A stretch of 64,000 nucleotides of DNA from an uncultured virus (IMG/VR IMGVR_UViG_3300028646_000003) (Duplodnaviria; Heunggongvirae; Uroviricota; Caudoviricetes): the IMG/VR virus record IMGVR_UViG_3300028646_000003, positions 62,001-126,000 of that record; one strand, given 5' to 3'. Each line of letters starts with the position of its first letter. Positions within the stretch are counted from its first letter, which is position 1. The notes beneath the pieces are model-generated. The model had not been told where the DNA came from. It made no database searches and saw only the letters and a list, made by a program, of their open reading frames with translations. Position numbers and translations under genes: made by a program. This document shows positions 1 through 11,115 of the stretch, piece by piece.

Positions 1-694
1 CATTGTCAACAAATTTATAGTATTTATCATTATCTTTTATAATAGAATAATATTCATCTAAATTTACTTCTCCTGCCACCCAACTTATTGTTCCTGTAAG
101 TGTTCCATTTCTTGCATAAGTTGTTGAGTCTTTTACTATCGTTCCTATTCCCTCATCGCACTTCCAATATCCAATTAATGTTGAAGTGTTTTCTGATACT
201 ATTATTGAAGACTTCATATATCTTTGTATACTTGCTTGACTTCTTGCAACATTCCATAGTCTAAATTCATCAAAGTCACCCCATGTTTGAGAACCGTCTC
301 CCCAATACGCACCGATTGACCTAATATCTGATTTTGATTGTCTAGCTAAAGTTCCTACTAAAACACCATCAATATAATATTTTTGTGTATTATTTTCTCC
401 AACTATGGCTATATGATGCCAACCGCTACTTAATGTACTCATTACAAACCCAGTATCGTTAAAACCTGTACCATTTATGTTGTCATACATACCTAAATGT
501 AGATTAGACCTTTGAACTATAGTCTGATGATCTCCAGCATTTCCCCTTGTTAATGTATTCCAAGAAGCTTGAGATGCTAATGGATATTTAAATAAACATT
601 CCATTGTCCATGAAGTAGGCAATGCTATATTAGGCACAGATAAATATCCACTACCATTGGTAGGTCTTAAGAAATAAGGATTGCTATTTGCCAT
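1..694 (-). CDS. LamG/concanavalin A-like domain virion protein (runs off the window edge)
   Basis: Manual translation MANSNPYFLRPTNGSG...WTMECLFK...GWHHIAIV...YYIDGVL...DFDEFRLWNVARS...LIGYWKCDEGIG, typical LamG motifs; AGGTGA RBS upstream. Confidence 0.8.
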   Translation of the reverse strand, partial: MANSNPYFLRPTNGSGYLSVPNIALPTSWTMECLFKYPLASQASWNTLTRGNAGDHQTIVQRSNLHLGMYDNINGTGFNDTGFVMSTLSSGWHHIAIVGENNTQKYYIDGVLVGTLARQSKSDIRSIGAYWGDGSQTWGDFDEFRLWNVARSQASIQRYMKSSIIVSENTSTLIGYWKCDEGIGTIVKDSTTYARNGTLTGTISWVAGEVNLDEYYSIIKDNDKYYKFVDN

Positions 695-718
695 ATATAA
701 TCACCTACTTTCTTTTAA

Positions 719-2032
719 TTATTTTCTTAATGTTGTAATATTGTTTACATTCTTATATTTATTTATTTCTAAATCTTGTGTCCATATAATTCCAGAATCT
801 ACTGTTTGATAATTATTCATATCTCTTACATAATCTAAAACCTCAGTTATATCATCTTTACCTTCAATATCAATATCAATAATCTTAGCTTTTCCTTTTG
901 TATTAATGTGAGAATAATGATTTGTAGTTGCAATATTTTGACCATAGCCTTGCAATGTAATTCCACCATCTACATCAAACTTTATATTATTATTGTCTAA
1001 ATTCCATTCTGAAGCATATAGTGTACTTCTATTCATAGAATTTGTATCTCTATTTTCTTTAACAACATTATATATAAAGGTTGATTGATTATTATCTGAA
1101 TCAGTAATATAAATTATTAATGGATTATCTCCCACATTTAACTTTGTGTAATCTATTTGAAAATTTATATAATTAGTTAATGGAGATATGAAATCTGTAC
1201 TAGTAATAATATCACTATTTATTTTTGCAATATATTTTATATTTTTATCTGCGATATGTTTGAATTTTCCATTAAATGTTACTAACTCTGTAAGTTCATA
1301 CCACAAATTAGATGAATATATATCTAGTTGCTGAAAGTCTCCTATTTGTTTTGGATATGAATATGTAGATACTGGGATATTGTACTTATAAGCTAAATAG
1401 GTTTCTACTAGTTGCCTATCTGAATCTGTTAAGGCTGAATTATACACAATCAGTTCTGCAATATCTCCATCAGAAAATTCGCTAGTTGATAAATGTCCAT
1501 TTAATGATAGTCCATTAGGTGCTGTTACTCCTGCTGTACTATTTGAAAATATAGTACCATTCTCATAGGCTTTTGAAGCTATTGATCCACCTTGAATGAC
1601 ACAATCATAAATATAAGGCGTTGTGTTTGAGAGTGGATTTCCTGAAGATACAGAAGTCCATCCTTCAAAATAAGATCTTTGTCTTCCTCCACTATGAAAT
1701 CCTAAAAGCCAATTGTTAGATAGTCCAGACAACATTCTTCCATTTGTTACACCATTTTGTTTTGCAACATAAAAAACTGTTACAGGATTTGAAAAAGTAT
1801 AAGCTAATGTCATTGTTTGTGTTGAGGAAGCAGTAAATCTAACTACTGGATAACCGTTCAATGCATTATATACTAATAGTGGTTGTTGTGTAGTAGCACT
1901 TTGTGTAAAGTTTAAATTATTACCACTTTTGTCATACCATACTGGTACATTACTATTATTAGCTAACCCCGTGCTATCTGCTGAAATCCATGTTTTTAGA
2001 TTTGGTAATTGATTTGGTGAAAATTTTGTCAT
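719..2032 (-). CDS. Lectin-like (LamG-type) virion/fibre protein
   Basis: W-x-D-x-SGN, LNGYPVVRF and GDIAELIVYNSALTDSDRQLVETYL motifs of concanavalin-like phage proteins. Confidence 0.65.
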   Translation of the reverse strand: MTKFSPNQLPNLKTWISADSTGLANNSNVPVWYDKSGNNLNFTQSATTQQPLLVYNALNGYPVVRFTASSTQTMTLAYTFSNPVTVFYVAKQNGVTNGRMLSGLSNNWLLGFHSGGRQRSYFEGWTSVSSGNPLSNTTPYIYDCVIQGGSIASKAYENGTIFSNSTAGVTAPNGLSLNGHLSTSEFSDGDIAELIVYNSALTDSDRQLVETYLAYKYNIPVSTYSYPKQIGDFQQLDIYSSNLWYELTELVTFNGKFKHIADKNIKYIAKINSDIITSTDFISPLTNYINFQIDYTKLNVGDNPLIIYITDSDNNQSTFIYNVVKENRDTNSMNRSTLYASEWNLDNNNIKFDVDGGITLQGYGQNIATTNHYSHINTKGKAKIIDIDIEGKDDITEVLDYVRDMNNYQTVDSGIIWTQDLEINKYKNVNNITTLRK

Positions 2033-2038
2033 CTATAA

Positions 2039-2680
2039 TCACCTCACAAACCATTGCATTTGACCTGACGTTTTTGCTTTTAAATTAGCTTGTTCTTCTT
2101 TTGCTAACTTACCATTATCTATTATTAAGAACTTGCCATCAATATCTTTATTAGAAGTTAGTTTCAAAGTAAAATACATTGGAGAATCTACAGTTGTAGG
2201 AATGCTACATATTGCTGAAAAGTTTAATACTAATCCACCGTCAAATTCTAATCTAGTTTTATATCCAAAATTATATTCATAAATATTTCCTATTAACTTT
2301 TGTCCTGCTCCACCAGTATGAGGGTTAAAATCGCTTATTACGTTTTTATATGTTATAATATCATTGAAAATTGTATAATTATTATTTGTTAATCTATATA
2401 AGTTACCATTGCATTCATACGCAAAGTCTATTATTTTCTCATTTATATTGAATTGACCATTAAGAGCATTAAAATTAAAGTAATATCCATGCCCCATCAA
2501 TCCAAATTGTACTAATTTGTTTTTATCTATTAGATAAAAGTTATTTTCTCCTAACGTTGAATGTGAGAATTCTGTTAAATATGTATTATCATAATAGTTT
2601 GCAAACCAGATGAATTCTCTTTGATGTGTTGGAGAATTGAAATTATTAAAAAATCTTTTATTTTCTTTTAAGTCTAACAT
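2039..2680 (-). CDS. Hypothetical phage protein
   Basis: 213 aa ORF with GGAGG RBS. Confidence 0.7.
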   Translation of the reverse strand: MLDLKENKRFFNNFNSPTHQREFIWFANYYDNTYLTEFSHSTLGENNFYLIDKNKLVQFGLMGHGYYFNFNALNGQFNINEKIIDFAYECNGNLYRLTNNNYTIFNDIITYKNVISDFNPHTGGAGQKLIGNIYEYNFGYKTRLEFDGGLVLNFSAICSIPTTVDSPMYFTLKLTSNKDIDGKFLIIDNGKLAKEEQANLKAKTSGQMQWFVR

Positions 2681-2734
2681 TGTATTGTTGCCTCCCTTTT
2701 GTTATTGTTTTAATTTGTTGATTTTGGGTATGAT

Positions 2735-2774
2735 AAAAAGACTAAGAGTTTTTTTGAGGTTCTCTTAGTCTTTT
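2735..2774. terminator. Intrinsic terminator, probably bidirectional
   Basis: AAAAAGACTAAGAG...CTCTTAGTCTTTT inverted repeat. Confidence 0.75.
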
Positions 2775-2798
2775 ATTGTGGTTATTTTGACGTATTTT

Positions 2799-3422
2799 CT
2801 ATACAAATGAGTATCTGAGTCGAGTTTTGTAGGAATATGTCCCTGCAAGTGAAGCTGAAGGTACGTCATTTCTGAGCGATATTTTAATAAAGTTAGCTTT
2901 TGAAGTAGCTACTGCACCAGTATTTATAGCACCACTTATTTCGTAAATTTGAACAAAAGTAGTTGTGCCTAAGTTATATCTGTATGTAGAATTTCCTAAT
3001 GCTGATGTTTTAACCCATATTAATCCATCAACTAATCCTGTACTAGGTTGAGTTGCACTTACAACTGCACCACTTAAAGAAGAGTAGTCTGCACAAATAC
3101 TGAGAGCTGTTTCGTCCCACGCTGAAGTTCCTGAGTTATAAGTACCTCCTATTTGTGTGTAATTTGTCTCTGATGCAGATTCGCAACGAGCCGACGACCA
3201 TTTTTCTGAAACGACCACCGAATCGCTAATTCCTCCAGTATTTGACTTTATTGTCAATTTTGCACTTTCGCAATTGCTGACAATACTGCTACCTGCAAAA
3301 TTGTTAAAAAGATAAAATTGTAGTACTGCACTCGAACTTCCAGCATCAACAGTTCCGAAATCCGCCAAAGATGCAACACTAGAATCTGATATATTTCTCC
3401 ATGAAATTATAGGTATAGCCAT
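2799..3422 (-). CDS. Putative virion structural protein
   Basis: Ser/Thr/Gly-rich, beta-rich 207 aa ORF in the structural cluster. Confidence 0.55.
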   Translation of the reverse strand: MAIPIISWRNISDSSVASLADFGTVDAGSSSAVLQFYLFNNFAGSSIVSNCESAKLTIKSNTGGISDSVVVSEKWSSARCESASETNYTQIGGTYNSGTSAWDETALSICADYSSLSGAVVSATQPSTGLVDGLIWVKTSALGNSTYRYNLGTTTFVQIYEISGAINTGAVATSKANFIKISLRNDVPSASLAGTYSYKTRLRYSFV

Positions 3423-3480
3423 AATTAATCATCCTTCTTTCTTTTTAATTTATTTTTTTGTATAATAAAAAGAGATAGTT

Positions 3481-4968
3481 TTAAACTACCTCTTTAAATT
3501 GCTTTTCTTTTATTAAGTTTAATAGATATTTTGATTTTTCTATTTGGAAATCTGTCACTTTGTTTTTTCTATGTGGATATTTACCAAATGTTAAATTAAC
3601 TAGTTTTTTCATAATATCATCAGCTATCATTTCATTTTCATTGATTATTTTTATTTCTATAAAATCTAAAAAATAATCAACAAAATCACCTTGGTAACTA
3701 ATAAACCTACCCAATCCACTATATTCATTATTATTTTTTATTACTTTCTCTAATAGATTGTTACTAAATACATCTTTATTTAATTCATTACATATATCAT
3801 ATATAGATTTATGTGCTTTTTCTGTGTCCCAATATACATCAGAAAGTAATTTTTTATCAAATTTATCTGCAAATGTTTTATAAGTTTTATATCTTTTTAT
3901 TACTTCTTCATATAACATTCTTTGCCCGATATCTCTTAAATGGCTACAGGATGGAAGAGTATTTTTATCTTCACTAAATTTCATCATTCTTTCTAATATT
4001 TGAGTATCAGATAACTTGTATGGTGGTAATAAATATTCTACTGACAACACTAAATCTTTATTTATAATAAAATCATTAAATATATTTTTTAATTCTGTTT
4101 GCATATGTTCAAGACCATTTATAAAAACATCGTGTTCTATTGATATATATTCTACATTATGTTTTTCATATAATATTTCTTTGATTTTTCTATTTTTATT
4201 ATATGCTATTCCTAAACTAGACTTTAATTCTTTAGGGTATCCCCATACTTCACAATGAATAGTTTTATTATTTTCTAAATAAAAAGTAAAATCACTTCTG
4301 AATAATCCTTCTCCTTTTGGAAATGGAGATTGTTCTCTTTTAAATGAAATATTAAATCCTAACAAAAACATAGCTGTATAATATTCATAAACTGATCTAT
4401 TAGACATACCACTATCATCAACCAATAAATCTTCTTTTTTATATCCCATAGTTTTTTGAATATTGGTCATACCTCCATGCATTTTACTAATTGAATTACT
4501 AATAAACAAAACAGATAACATTTCTTTAGTATTAGGAAATCTATTATTTTTTGATATAAAATATTCAATAACTTTTTGAACATTTTTTAAATCATAATAT
4601 CCATCCTTTGTTATATCTAAGTCAAAAGTTTCTTTTACTTTTGTTTGAATTTCTAACGCATGTATTTCTTTTATTTTATTCTTACTACATTTACCACAAA
4701 TATCTTTATTTTCTCTTATGTGTGTTTGATATCTTTTATTAATTACTGTCCTTATACCTTTTTCTAAACAATAATCACACAAACATTGCACTTCTGTATG
4801 AGAACCTTTTGGCACATCTTCAATTTTTACTTTTATTTTAGTACCCGTGGGAATTGACCATTTCTTCCATTTCTTTTCTCTAAGTATTTCATACCCCAAT
4901 TCTTCATAATGCTTTACATTAGTTCCATTTAGTTCTACTTCAACTTCCTTTGTCAATAACATGTCCAA
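3481..4968 (-). CDS. Free-standing putative homing endonuclease (Zn-binding N-terminus, PD-(D/E)xK-like core)
   Basis: CxCDYC and CGKC motifs, FRSDF...HCEVWG nuclease-like motif; own promoter, leader and terminator. Confidence 0.6.
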   Translation of the reverse strand: MDMLLTKEVEVELNGTNVKHYEELGYEILREKKWKKWSIPTGTKIKVKIEDVPKGSHTEVQCLCDYCLEKGIRTVINKRYQTHIRENKDICGKCSKNKIKEIHALEIQTKVKETFDLDITKDGYYDLKNVQKVIEYFISKNNRFPNTKEMLSVLFISNSISKMHGGMTNIQKTMGYKKEDLLVDDSGMSNRSVYEYYTAMFLLGFNISFKREQSPFPKGEGLFRSDFTFYLENNKTIHCEVWGYPKELKSSLGIAYNKNRKIKEILYEKHNVEYISIEHDVFINGLEHMQTELKNIFNDFIINKDLVLSVEYLLPPYKLSDTQILERMMKFSEDKNTLPSCSHLRDIGQRMLYEEVIKRYKTYKTFADKFDKKLLSDVYWDTEKAHKSIYDICNELNKDVFSNNLLEKVIKNNNEYSGLGRFISYQGDFVDYFLDFIEIKIINENEMIADDIMKKLVNLTFGKYPHRKNKVTDFQIEKSKYLLNLIKEKQFKEVV

Positions 4969-5114
4969 TCATCTCCTATAATAATTTAATTTGTTATCCT
5001 AGCATTATATATGTAAAAAGGGAAGAGTATCTAGGATAATACTCTTATTGACATGGTTAATTACTCCTTGCTATCCCCTACTATAAATATACTCCTTTTG
5101 AGAGATATTGTCAA
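4969..5114 (-). promoter_or_regulatory. SigA promoter plus structured 5' leader (copy A)
   Basis: TTGACA-17-TATATT (5114-5086); three-stem junction 5019-5079; loop TATCCTAG complementary to CTAGGATA (4995-5002) and partly to the RBS. Confidence 0.7.
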
Positions 5115-5137
5115 ATAATTTTATATTAATTTATTAT

Positions 5138-5554
5138 TTAAATCACTTCTATTTCAATTTCTAAATTTAATCCTTTCAAGTCACTAGCACCAATTAAATT
5201 AACTCTAAAATAATCACCAATACTAACAATATCAGAACCGACTAAATAACTTCCATCATCAACTACTTGTTCAGTTCTAATAAATAAGTTACTACTTAAC
5301 ACACTAGACCATGTATCTAGTTGATTTTTAAAATCACCCTTACTTATCTTTTCTACTATTAATTGTGTATCTACAGTCCCTATATTATTTGTACTTGCAC
5401 TTATTTTAACTATCTTACCATTATAAGGACATCTAATTATTAGATCTTTTATCTTATCGGATACTTCAAAGAATTGAAATACAATTGTTTTTGTTGGTAT
5501 TGATTTTAAAACTTTATTTCCATTACTATTTAAAGTTATAAATTTCACATTCAT
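5138..5554 (-). CDS. Hypothetical structural protein
   Basis: 138 aa; N-terminus KFITLNSNGNKVLK resembles KFITIDSTGKKILR of the neighbouring gene. Confidence 0.6.
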   Translation of the reverse strand: MNVKFITLNSNGNKVLKSIPTKTIVFQFFEVSDKIKDLIIRCPYNGKIVKISASTNNIGTVDTQLIVEKISKGDFKNQLDTWSSVLSSNLFIRTEQVVDDGSYLVGSDIVSIGDYFRVNLIGASDLKGLNLEIEIEVI

Positions 5555-5558
5555 TCAC

Positions 5559-6092
5559 CTACTCTAAATAAATAACTTCATCTTGTTCATACCTTATTGC
5601 TAATGTACTATCACTTGTATTAACACAATATCCCAATGGTTGTACGAATTTAGAAGCAGTTGTCATATCTGGTGTTGCAACTGCTTTACCAAGAGTTCCT
5701 AAGAAATAACTAGCACCATTTACTAGTCCTACTGTTGGCAAATAATCGTTCAATCCTTCAAACATGATTAGTACACTATCTCCAGCAATACCATTAGCAG
5801 TAGTAAAACCATGACATACTTTAGCTGAATCAGTTACATCAGCTAATCTTGCTTTGTAATCTGTTCCGTCTGTAAAAACATTTACCCAATCACCTGCTGA
5901 TAATGGTTCTGATAAAGCAAAAATACATCCTACTTTTCCCACGGAAGTCGGAATCATAGAAATATCCACTTTTCCGTCTACGTTTAATCCTACAATTTTT
6001 CCACTGTCTGCTGAACCTAAACTTGTATCAACAGCACCTCTTAATATCTTTTTACCTGTGCTATCAATAGTTATAAATTTTTGTGTTGACAT
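5559..6092 (-). CDS. Putative head-fibre/capsid-cement-like protein
   Basis: ALSEPLSAGDWVNV...HGF...GASYFLG...FVQPLG pattern; paralogous to the C-terminus of 6124-6828. Confidence 0.5.
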   Translation of the reverse strand: MSTQKFITIDSTGKKILRGAVDTSLGSADSGKIVGLNVDGKVDISMIPTSVGKVGCIFALSEPLSAGDWVNVFTDGTDYKARLADVTDSAKVCHGFTTANGIAGDSVLIMFEGLNDYLPTVGLVNGASYFLGTLGKAVATPDMTTASKFVQPLGYCVNTSDSTLAIRYEQDEVIYLE

Positions 6093-6123
6093 TATATCAT
6101 CTCTCTTTCATCATTTAATTTGT

Positions 6124-6828
6124 TTATTCTAGTTCTACGCTTTCAGCAATATCAATTAATAGTTCACCATCATCATTAGTAAATACACCTATTTTTTGAA
6201 TAAATTTTGATAAAAGCATATTTGGTGTCTTTGTTATTTCTCCTGTATTTCCACAATAAGCTATATCACCTGTTACAAAATTAGTTTTCCATAATGGATT
6301 TACTATTTTGCCTTTATTTCTAACATAAGATTTTTCACCTTCTGAAGATGTATTTATTGCTAGTCCTACAACTTTATTTGAACATACTACATTATTACAA
6401 TCTGCAACAGCAACGGTATTGGCATTGGTTATAAAAACAACTTGTCCAATTAATACGCCACCTAAACCTGTTATATGCGTATCTATAGTTGAATCATTAC
6501 TTCTTTTAGCTAACTCAACTATTGCTTCTAAAACAGTACTAAACCCTAATAATGTTTGCATTTCTTGAACTTTTGCTTGTCCAACAGATGAATCAGTATC
6601 TAACAATACTCCATTAAATTTTCTACCAAAGTTAGTAAAGTTATCAAATAGTCCATTTACTAAAGTTTGTAAATCATTAACAGAACCTACTATATTAGTT
6701 TGATCTGTTTTTAATGCTTTATTTAAAAAATCAAGAGAGTCATAAGGCATTAAGGTATTACTACTAGTATCTTCTGTTAAGATATCGGATTGTATCTGTT
6801 GTAAATCCGTACTTGAATCATAACTCAT
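6124..6828 (-). CDS. Putative head-fibre/cement-like protein
   Basis: LKTDQTNIVGSVNDL fibre-like repeat; C-terminal GQVVFI...VVGLA...FIQKIG domain. Confidence 0.5.
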   Translation of the reverse strand: MSYDSSTDLQQIQSDILTEDTSSNTLMPYDSLDFLNKALKTDQTNIVGSVNDLQTLVNGLFDNFTNFGRKFNGVLLDTDSSVGQAKVQEMQTLLGFSTVLEAIVELAKRSNDSTIDTHITGLGGVLIGQVVFITNANTVAVADCNNVVCSNKVVGLAINTSSEGEKSYVRNKGKIVNPLWKTNFVTGDIAYCGNTGEITKTPNMLLSKFIQKIGVFTNDDGELLIDIAESVELE

Positions 6829-6839
6829 CTTATTCCTCC

Positions 6840-9800
6840 CTAAATTAATTTTATTATTTTAATCTTTATATCAGTTAAAGGTGCTGACAAAAATTTTATA
6901 ACATTAAGTGATGACATATACCACTTGCCTACGTAGGTATTATTAGTTGCACTACTTTCATAATCTCTCATGGGTATTCTTTCATTTTTTTCTGGGATGC
7001 CACTATCTAAATCAGCTTTTACTCCAACAAAGTAAACTTGTATTTTTTGCGTAGTATAATTTGTTGCATTTAATACGTTTGAAGGACTATAACCTGTTAC
7101 AGAAATCAAATTCAGACTCATTATTCCAACAGACCATGGAATTGTTAATTCAAAGTCATGTGCAGGTAATGCAATGGAGGCATCGGTTATGCTAAATGTA
7201 TAATCACTCAATGCACCATTACTTACTCCATCACTATTAGCAATTGCACCACTACTAATATTCACTGTAACAGTATTTCCACTAACCATTCCACCAATAG
7301 GAATTATTAATTGATTTCCACTAATACTTACTGTTCCTTTATTTGCACCTGTTACAACTATTTTACTAGTATCTAATAAAGTACAACTACTTTGATTAAT
7401 TGTATAAATTATTTGTGTAGTATTCTCAGGATAACTAGTAGATGTTGAAGCTGTTAAACTAGGTGCAGATAATATTGCTCTTGTTGTAAAACTAGCAGTT
7501 ACAGTATTTGTATTATCTGCTGTACCACTACTGTTAATTCCATCACCATTGTTAGTAACAATTCCATCTAACACACTTACAGAGTAGGTAGTGGAGTATG
7601 TTATATTACTCAAAGGTATATGTAATGTATTTGATGATAAAGTAGCTATTCCAACAGTTCCACTAGGACTAATACTTACTCTACTACCATCTTTTAAAGT
7701 TGTACCTATTGCATTTGAAACTCCGAAAGTAATTTCACTCAATGTAATTTGTTGATTGGTTAAACCATTGCTACTACTCTGTTGTACAATAGGCTGACTT
7801 ACATTTCCTGCTTTTGTTTTAAAAGTTGCTGTTATTGTATTACTATTTAACGTACTTCCACTAGTTGTAATATTATCACCATTATTTTGAACAATTCCAG
7901 CCAATATACTTACTGTATAGGTTGTACCTGTATTCAATCCACTCAAAGGCACATGAATTGCATTACCTATTAAAGTAGCTGTTCCTATAATTCCGCTTGG
8001 ATTACTTGTTACTTTTAATCCATTCACAAGTGTCAAACCAATAGCATTAGAAACATCAAACGTAATTTCACTCAATGTTGTTAATTGATTTGTTGCGTTA
8101 TTAAGATTACTTTGTAATATTGTAGGTGCAGACACAACAGGTCTATCTATAGTTGTAAATGTACAAGTCACACTATTTGTATTAGGATTATTACTTAAAG
8201 CAGAAATTCCATCTCCATTATTTTGAATTGCACTAGCATTTATTGATATACTATAGGTTGTTAAAAAATCTAAAGTAGTTACAATAGGAATATGTATAGC
8301 ACTTCCACTTATAGTTGGTGTACCTATTACAGCATGATCACAAGTTATTTTTGTACTATCTTTAATTGTTGTACCAATAAAATTACTAATAGGAAATACA
8401 ACTTCTGTCAAAGTTCTTGATTGATTACTTAAACCATTAATACTAGAATTTTGTACTATTGGTGGAGTAACTAATGTAGGCTCAGTTATAAAACTTGCAC
8501 TTATACTTGCATTAGGACTTGTACCGAAAGTATCAACATTGTCACCATTATTAACTATTAACCCACTTTGAAGTGTTATGGTATAAGATGTATAATAAGC
8601 CAAAGTCGATATTATTGGAATATGAATTGTTTTAGTGGCTAAATTTAAAGTTGGTGTCCCTATTACTCCTGTTTTATTACATGTAATTTTAGTAGCATCA
8701 GCTAAAGATAAATTAAAATCGTTAGAAATTTGGAAAGTTATCTCACTTAAATTTACTGAAACTACATTTGTATTGTTGATTGCAGATTGATTTATAATTG
8801 GATTTTGGGGCTTCGGCTTTGTAGTGGTCGAAAAACTAGTTGTCACACTATTTGTATTTGTAGCACTATTTAAATTATTAATTCCATCGCCATGATTTTC
8901 AACTATATTCGCTAATATTGAAATTGTATAAGTAGTTGAATACTCTAGTTTACTAGTCAAAATTGGAATATGTAATACATTTAAACCATCTAAAGTAGCA
9001 GTACCAATAGTTGCACTTACTCCACTACTTGATATAGTTGCTTGTGTTCCATCTTTTAATGTCATTGCAATAGCATTTGAAACAGGGAACGTAATTTCCG
9101 TAGTATATATATTTTGTTCTGTTAAACCATTCATTGATGATTGCAATATTACTGGTTTACTAATATCAGGTGCTATTGTTTTAAATGTACATGATACTGT
9201 ATTTGTATTTGGAGATGTTCTAGCTGTTGTAATATTATCTCCGTTATTTTCTACAGTATTTGGATTTACTGTTACTGTATAATTTGTTAAATTAGCTAGG
9301 TTATGTAATCCTACATGAATTGTGTTGCCAACTAATGTCACAGTATTAATTATATTTGTTGGACTTGATATTACGGAACTTACACTATCTAAAGTTAAAT
9401 TAAAGGTATCATTAACATCAAAAGTTATCTCACTTAAAGATAAAGGTTGGTCAATTACACCATCCATTGATGAAGGTAAAACTGTTGGTGAAATTGGATA
9501 ACTAAGCCAAGCAGTTTCAAATGAGCAAATTAATGCTAAATCATTCTGTGCTTCTCCAAACGACGTTTCATCATCGCCTTCATTCAAAATCACTCCCAAA
9601 TCTAGTTTCACATCATAAATTGTACCTGTGTTAAGAGGATTTAAATAAACATATAATTTCGTTCCCACCAATGTAACATCTTTTATTGCACCACTTGGAT
9701 TAGAAGTAACTTTTGTTATATCTTTTAATACTGTATTTATATCATTAGTTATATCAAACGCTATATATTCTAAATCTACTGGTATATTAGATTGTCCATC

Positions 9801-10193
9801 ATAAGTTGATTGTACTAAAACTGGTGATTTAACTATGTCTGTACTACCTGCATGAAGCATAAGATAAGCTAACTTTTCCAAAGGAATTCCTGTTGGTTTC
9901 GGCTTGAATCCGATATTTACTCCACCTACAGCAATTGTTGAAGGTTCTTGATTTGTGTACAAAATACTTCCACCACTGCCTCCTGAACCACCATTAAATA
10001 TTTCCCATATATTTAAATCATCTTTTATATAATAATATTGTTTATCATTAGTTACATATACTAATAAACCAAGATGTCTTTGAATTATTGGCATAGCTTG
10101 TAAATCAGCATATGTATCAACCACTGTACGTAAATCGACTGGTTGTTGTGAACCTAATAAAAACCCACTCGCTATTGGAATTCCACTTGCCAT
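6840..10193 (-). CDS. Large virion protein with tandem Ig-like repeats
   Basis: About 7 repeats of roughly 115 aa (P-x-I/V-x-Q-S...EITF...IHIP...T-x-Y-x-V/I...N-x-GD...S/T-F-x-T) plus a divergent eighth; N-terminal PVDLRTVV...GLLVYV module. Confidence 0.75.
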   Translation of the reverse strand: MASGIPIASGFLLGSQQPVDLRTVVDTYADLQAMPIIQRHLGLLVYVTNDKQYYYIKDDLNIWEIFNGGSGGSGGSILYTNQEPSTIAVGGVNIGFKPKPTGIPLEKLAYLMLHAGSTDIVKSPVLVQSTYDGQSNIPVDLEYIAFDITNDINTVLKDITKVTSNPSGAIKDVTLVGTKLYVYLNPLNTGTIYDVKLDLGVILNEGDDETSFGEAQNDLALICSFETAWLSYPISPTVLPSSMDGVIDQPLSLSEITFDVNDTFNLTLDSVSSVISSPTNIINTVTLVGNTIHVGLHNLANLTNYTVTVNPNTVENNGDNITTARTSPNTNTVSCTFKTIAPDISKPVILQSSMNGLTEQNIYTTEITFPVSNAIAMTLKDGTQATISSSGVSATIGTATLDGLNVLHIPILTSKLEYSTTYTISILANIVENHGDGINNLNSATNTNSVTTSFSTTTKPKPQNPIINQSAINNTNVVSVNLSEITFQISNDFNLSLADATKITCNKTGVIGTPTLNLATKTIHIPIISTLAYYTSYTITLQSGLIVNNGDNVDTFGTSPNASISASFITEPTLVTPPIVQNSSINGLSNQSRTLTEVVFPISNFIGTTIKDSTKITCDHAVIGTPTISGSAIHIPIVTTLDFLTTYSISINASAIQNNGDGISALSNNPNTNSVTCTFTTIDRPVVSAPTILQSNLNNATNQLTTLSEITFDVSNAIGLTLVNGLKVTSNPSGIIGTATLIGNAIHVPLSGLNTGTTYTVSILAGIVQNNGDNITTSGSTLNSNTITATFKTKAGNVSQPIVQQSSSNGLTNQQITLSEITFGVSNAIGTTLKDGSRVSISPSGTVGIATLSSNTLHIPLSNITYSTTYSVSVLDGIVTNNGDGINSSGTADNTNTVTASFTTRAILSAPSLTASTSTSYPENTTQIIYTINQSSCTLLDTSKIVVTGANKGTVSISGNQLIIPIGGMVSGNTVTVNISSGAIANSDGVSNGALSDYTFSITDASIALPAHDFELTIPWSVGIMSLNLISVTGYSPSNVLNATNYTTQKIQVYFVGVKADLDSGIPEKNERIPMRDYESSATNNTYVGKWYMSSLNVIKFLSAPLTDIKIKIIKLI

Positions 10194-10213
10194 ATATTTT
10201 CACATCCTTTCTA

Positions 10214-11107
10214 TTAGAATATATAAGTTATTGTAAAACTCGTTTGACTTGTAGGCATACTCAAGGTGTATATGTTATAAGGTATTGATTTTCCATCAAG
10301 CATTGTAAAATTTGAAGTTGTTTTTGTAAAAGCTGATAACATTTCAAAATTATTAGGATCTTTGATTGAAGTCAAACTACCATATGAGGTTGGAAATACG
10401 AAACAAAATCTACTATTTGAAATATTATAAGATAAACTTTGACTTGCTTTTGTTACTAATTTTTTAATCATACCTTTCACATCTGCTTCAGTAGGATTTA
10501 TTACATCAACATTACCTATGTACATTGGATAAATATAGTTAAAACTTAAATTACTTGAAACCGTATTTGGCTTACTATCATAGACCTTTATCATATAAGT
10601 TGTATTACTATTTATTCCCGTAGAATCAACATAACTTTCACTTAAAGAAGGATTATCTTTTGAATTAACTAAACTTCCATTCTTATAATATTCTATCTTT
10701 GTAATATCATTAGATTTTTTAGTCATTGTTGCATTTAATTGAATACTAGCCAAATTTGTACCTAGTTCTTGTATTGTTGAAACTGTAGTTCCTAAGTTTG
10801 CAGTCGGTGCAATATACGGGTATAATAAACCATCTAACATCTCTTGAATTGTTTTTTCTTCCACAAAATTTGTTCCTACTGAAAATCCACCAACAGCAAT
10901 TGACATAGGATTTGAGTTCTGATAAGTTACATTTCCTCCACCACCACTTATTGGAATCCATTTCTTCCGTAACTCATTCCAAGAATATAATTCAGGATTG
11001 TTTGTATTATCTTTTAAATATTCTAATATCTGTCCATGATAATCACCTTGTTTTGGAAGATTATTTGACCTAGACACACCTCCTGAAGACATCATTTTAA
11101 AGCTCAT
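10214..11107 (-). CDS. Virion structural protein (Ig-like)
   Basis: YQNSNPMSIAVGG...MLDGLLYPYIAP segment similar to YTNQEPSTIAVGG in 6840-10193. Confidence 0.6.
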   Translation of the reverse strand: MSFKMMSSGGVSRSNNLPKQGDYHGQILEYLKDNTNNPELYSWNELRKKWIPISGGGGNVTYQNSNPMSIAVGGFSVGTNFVEEKTIQEMLDGLLYPYIAPTANLGTTVSTIQELGTNLASIQLNATMTKKSNDITKIEYYKNGSLVNSKDNPSLSESYVDSTGINSNTTYMIKVYDSKPNTVSSNLSFNYIYPMYIGNVDVINPTEADVKGMIKKLVTKASQSLSYNISNSRFCFVFPTSYGSLTSIKDPNNFEMLSAFTKTTSNFTMLDGKSIPYNIYTLSMPTSQTSFTITYIF

Positions 11108-11115
11108 AATATCAC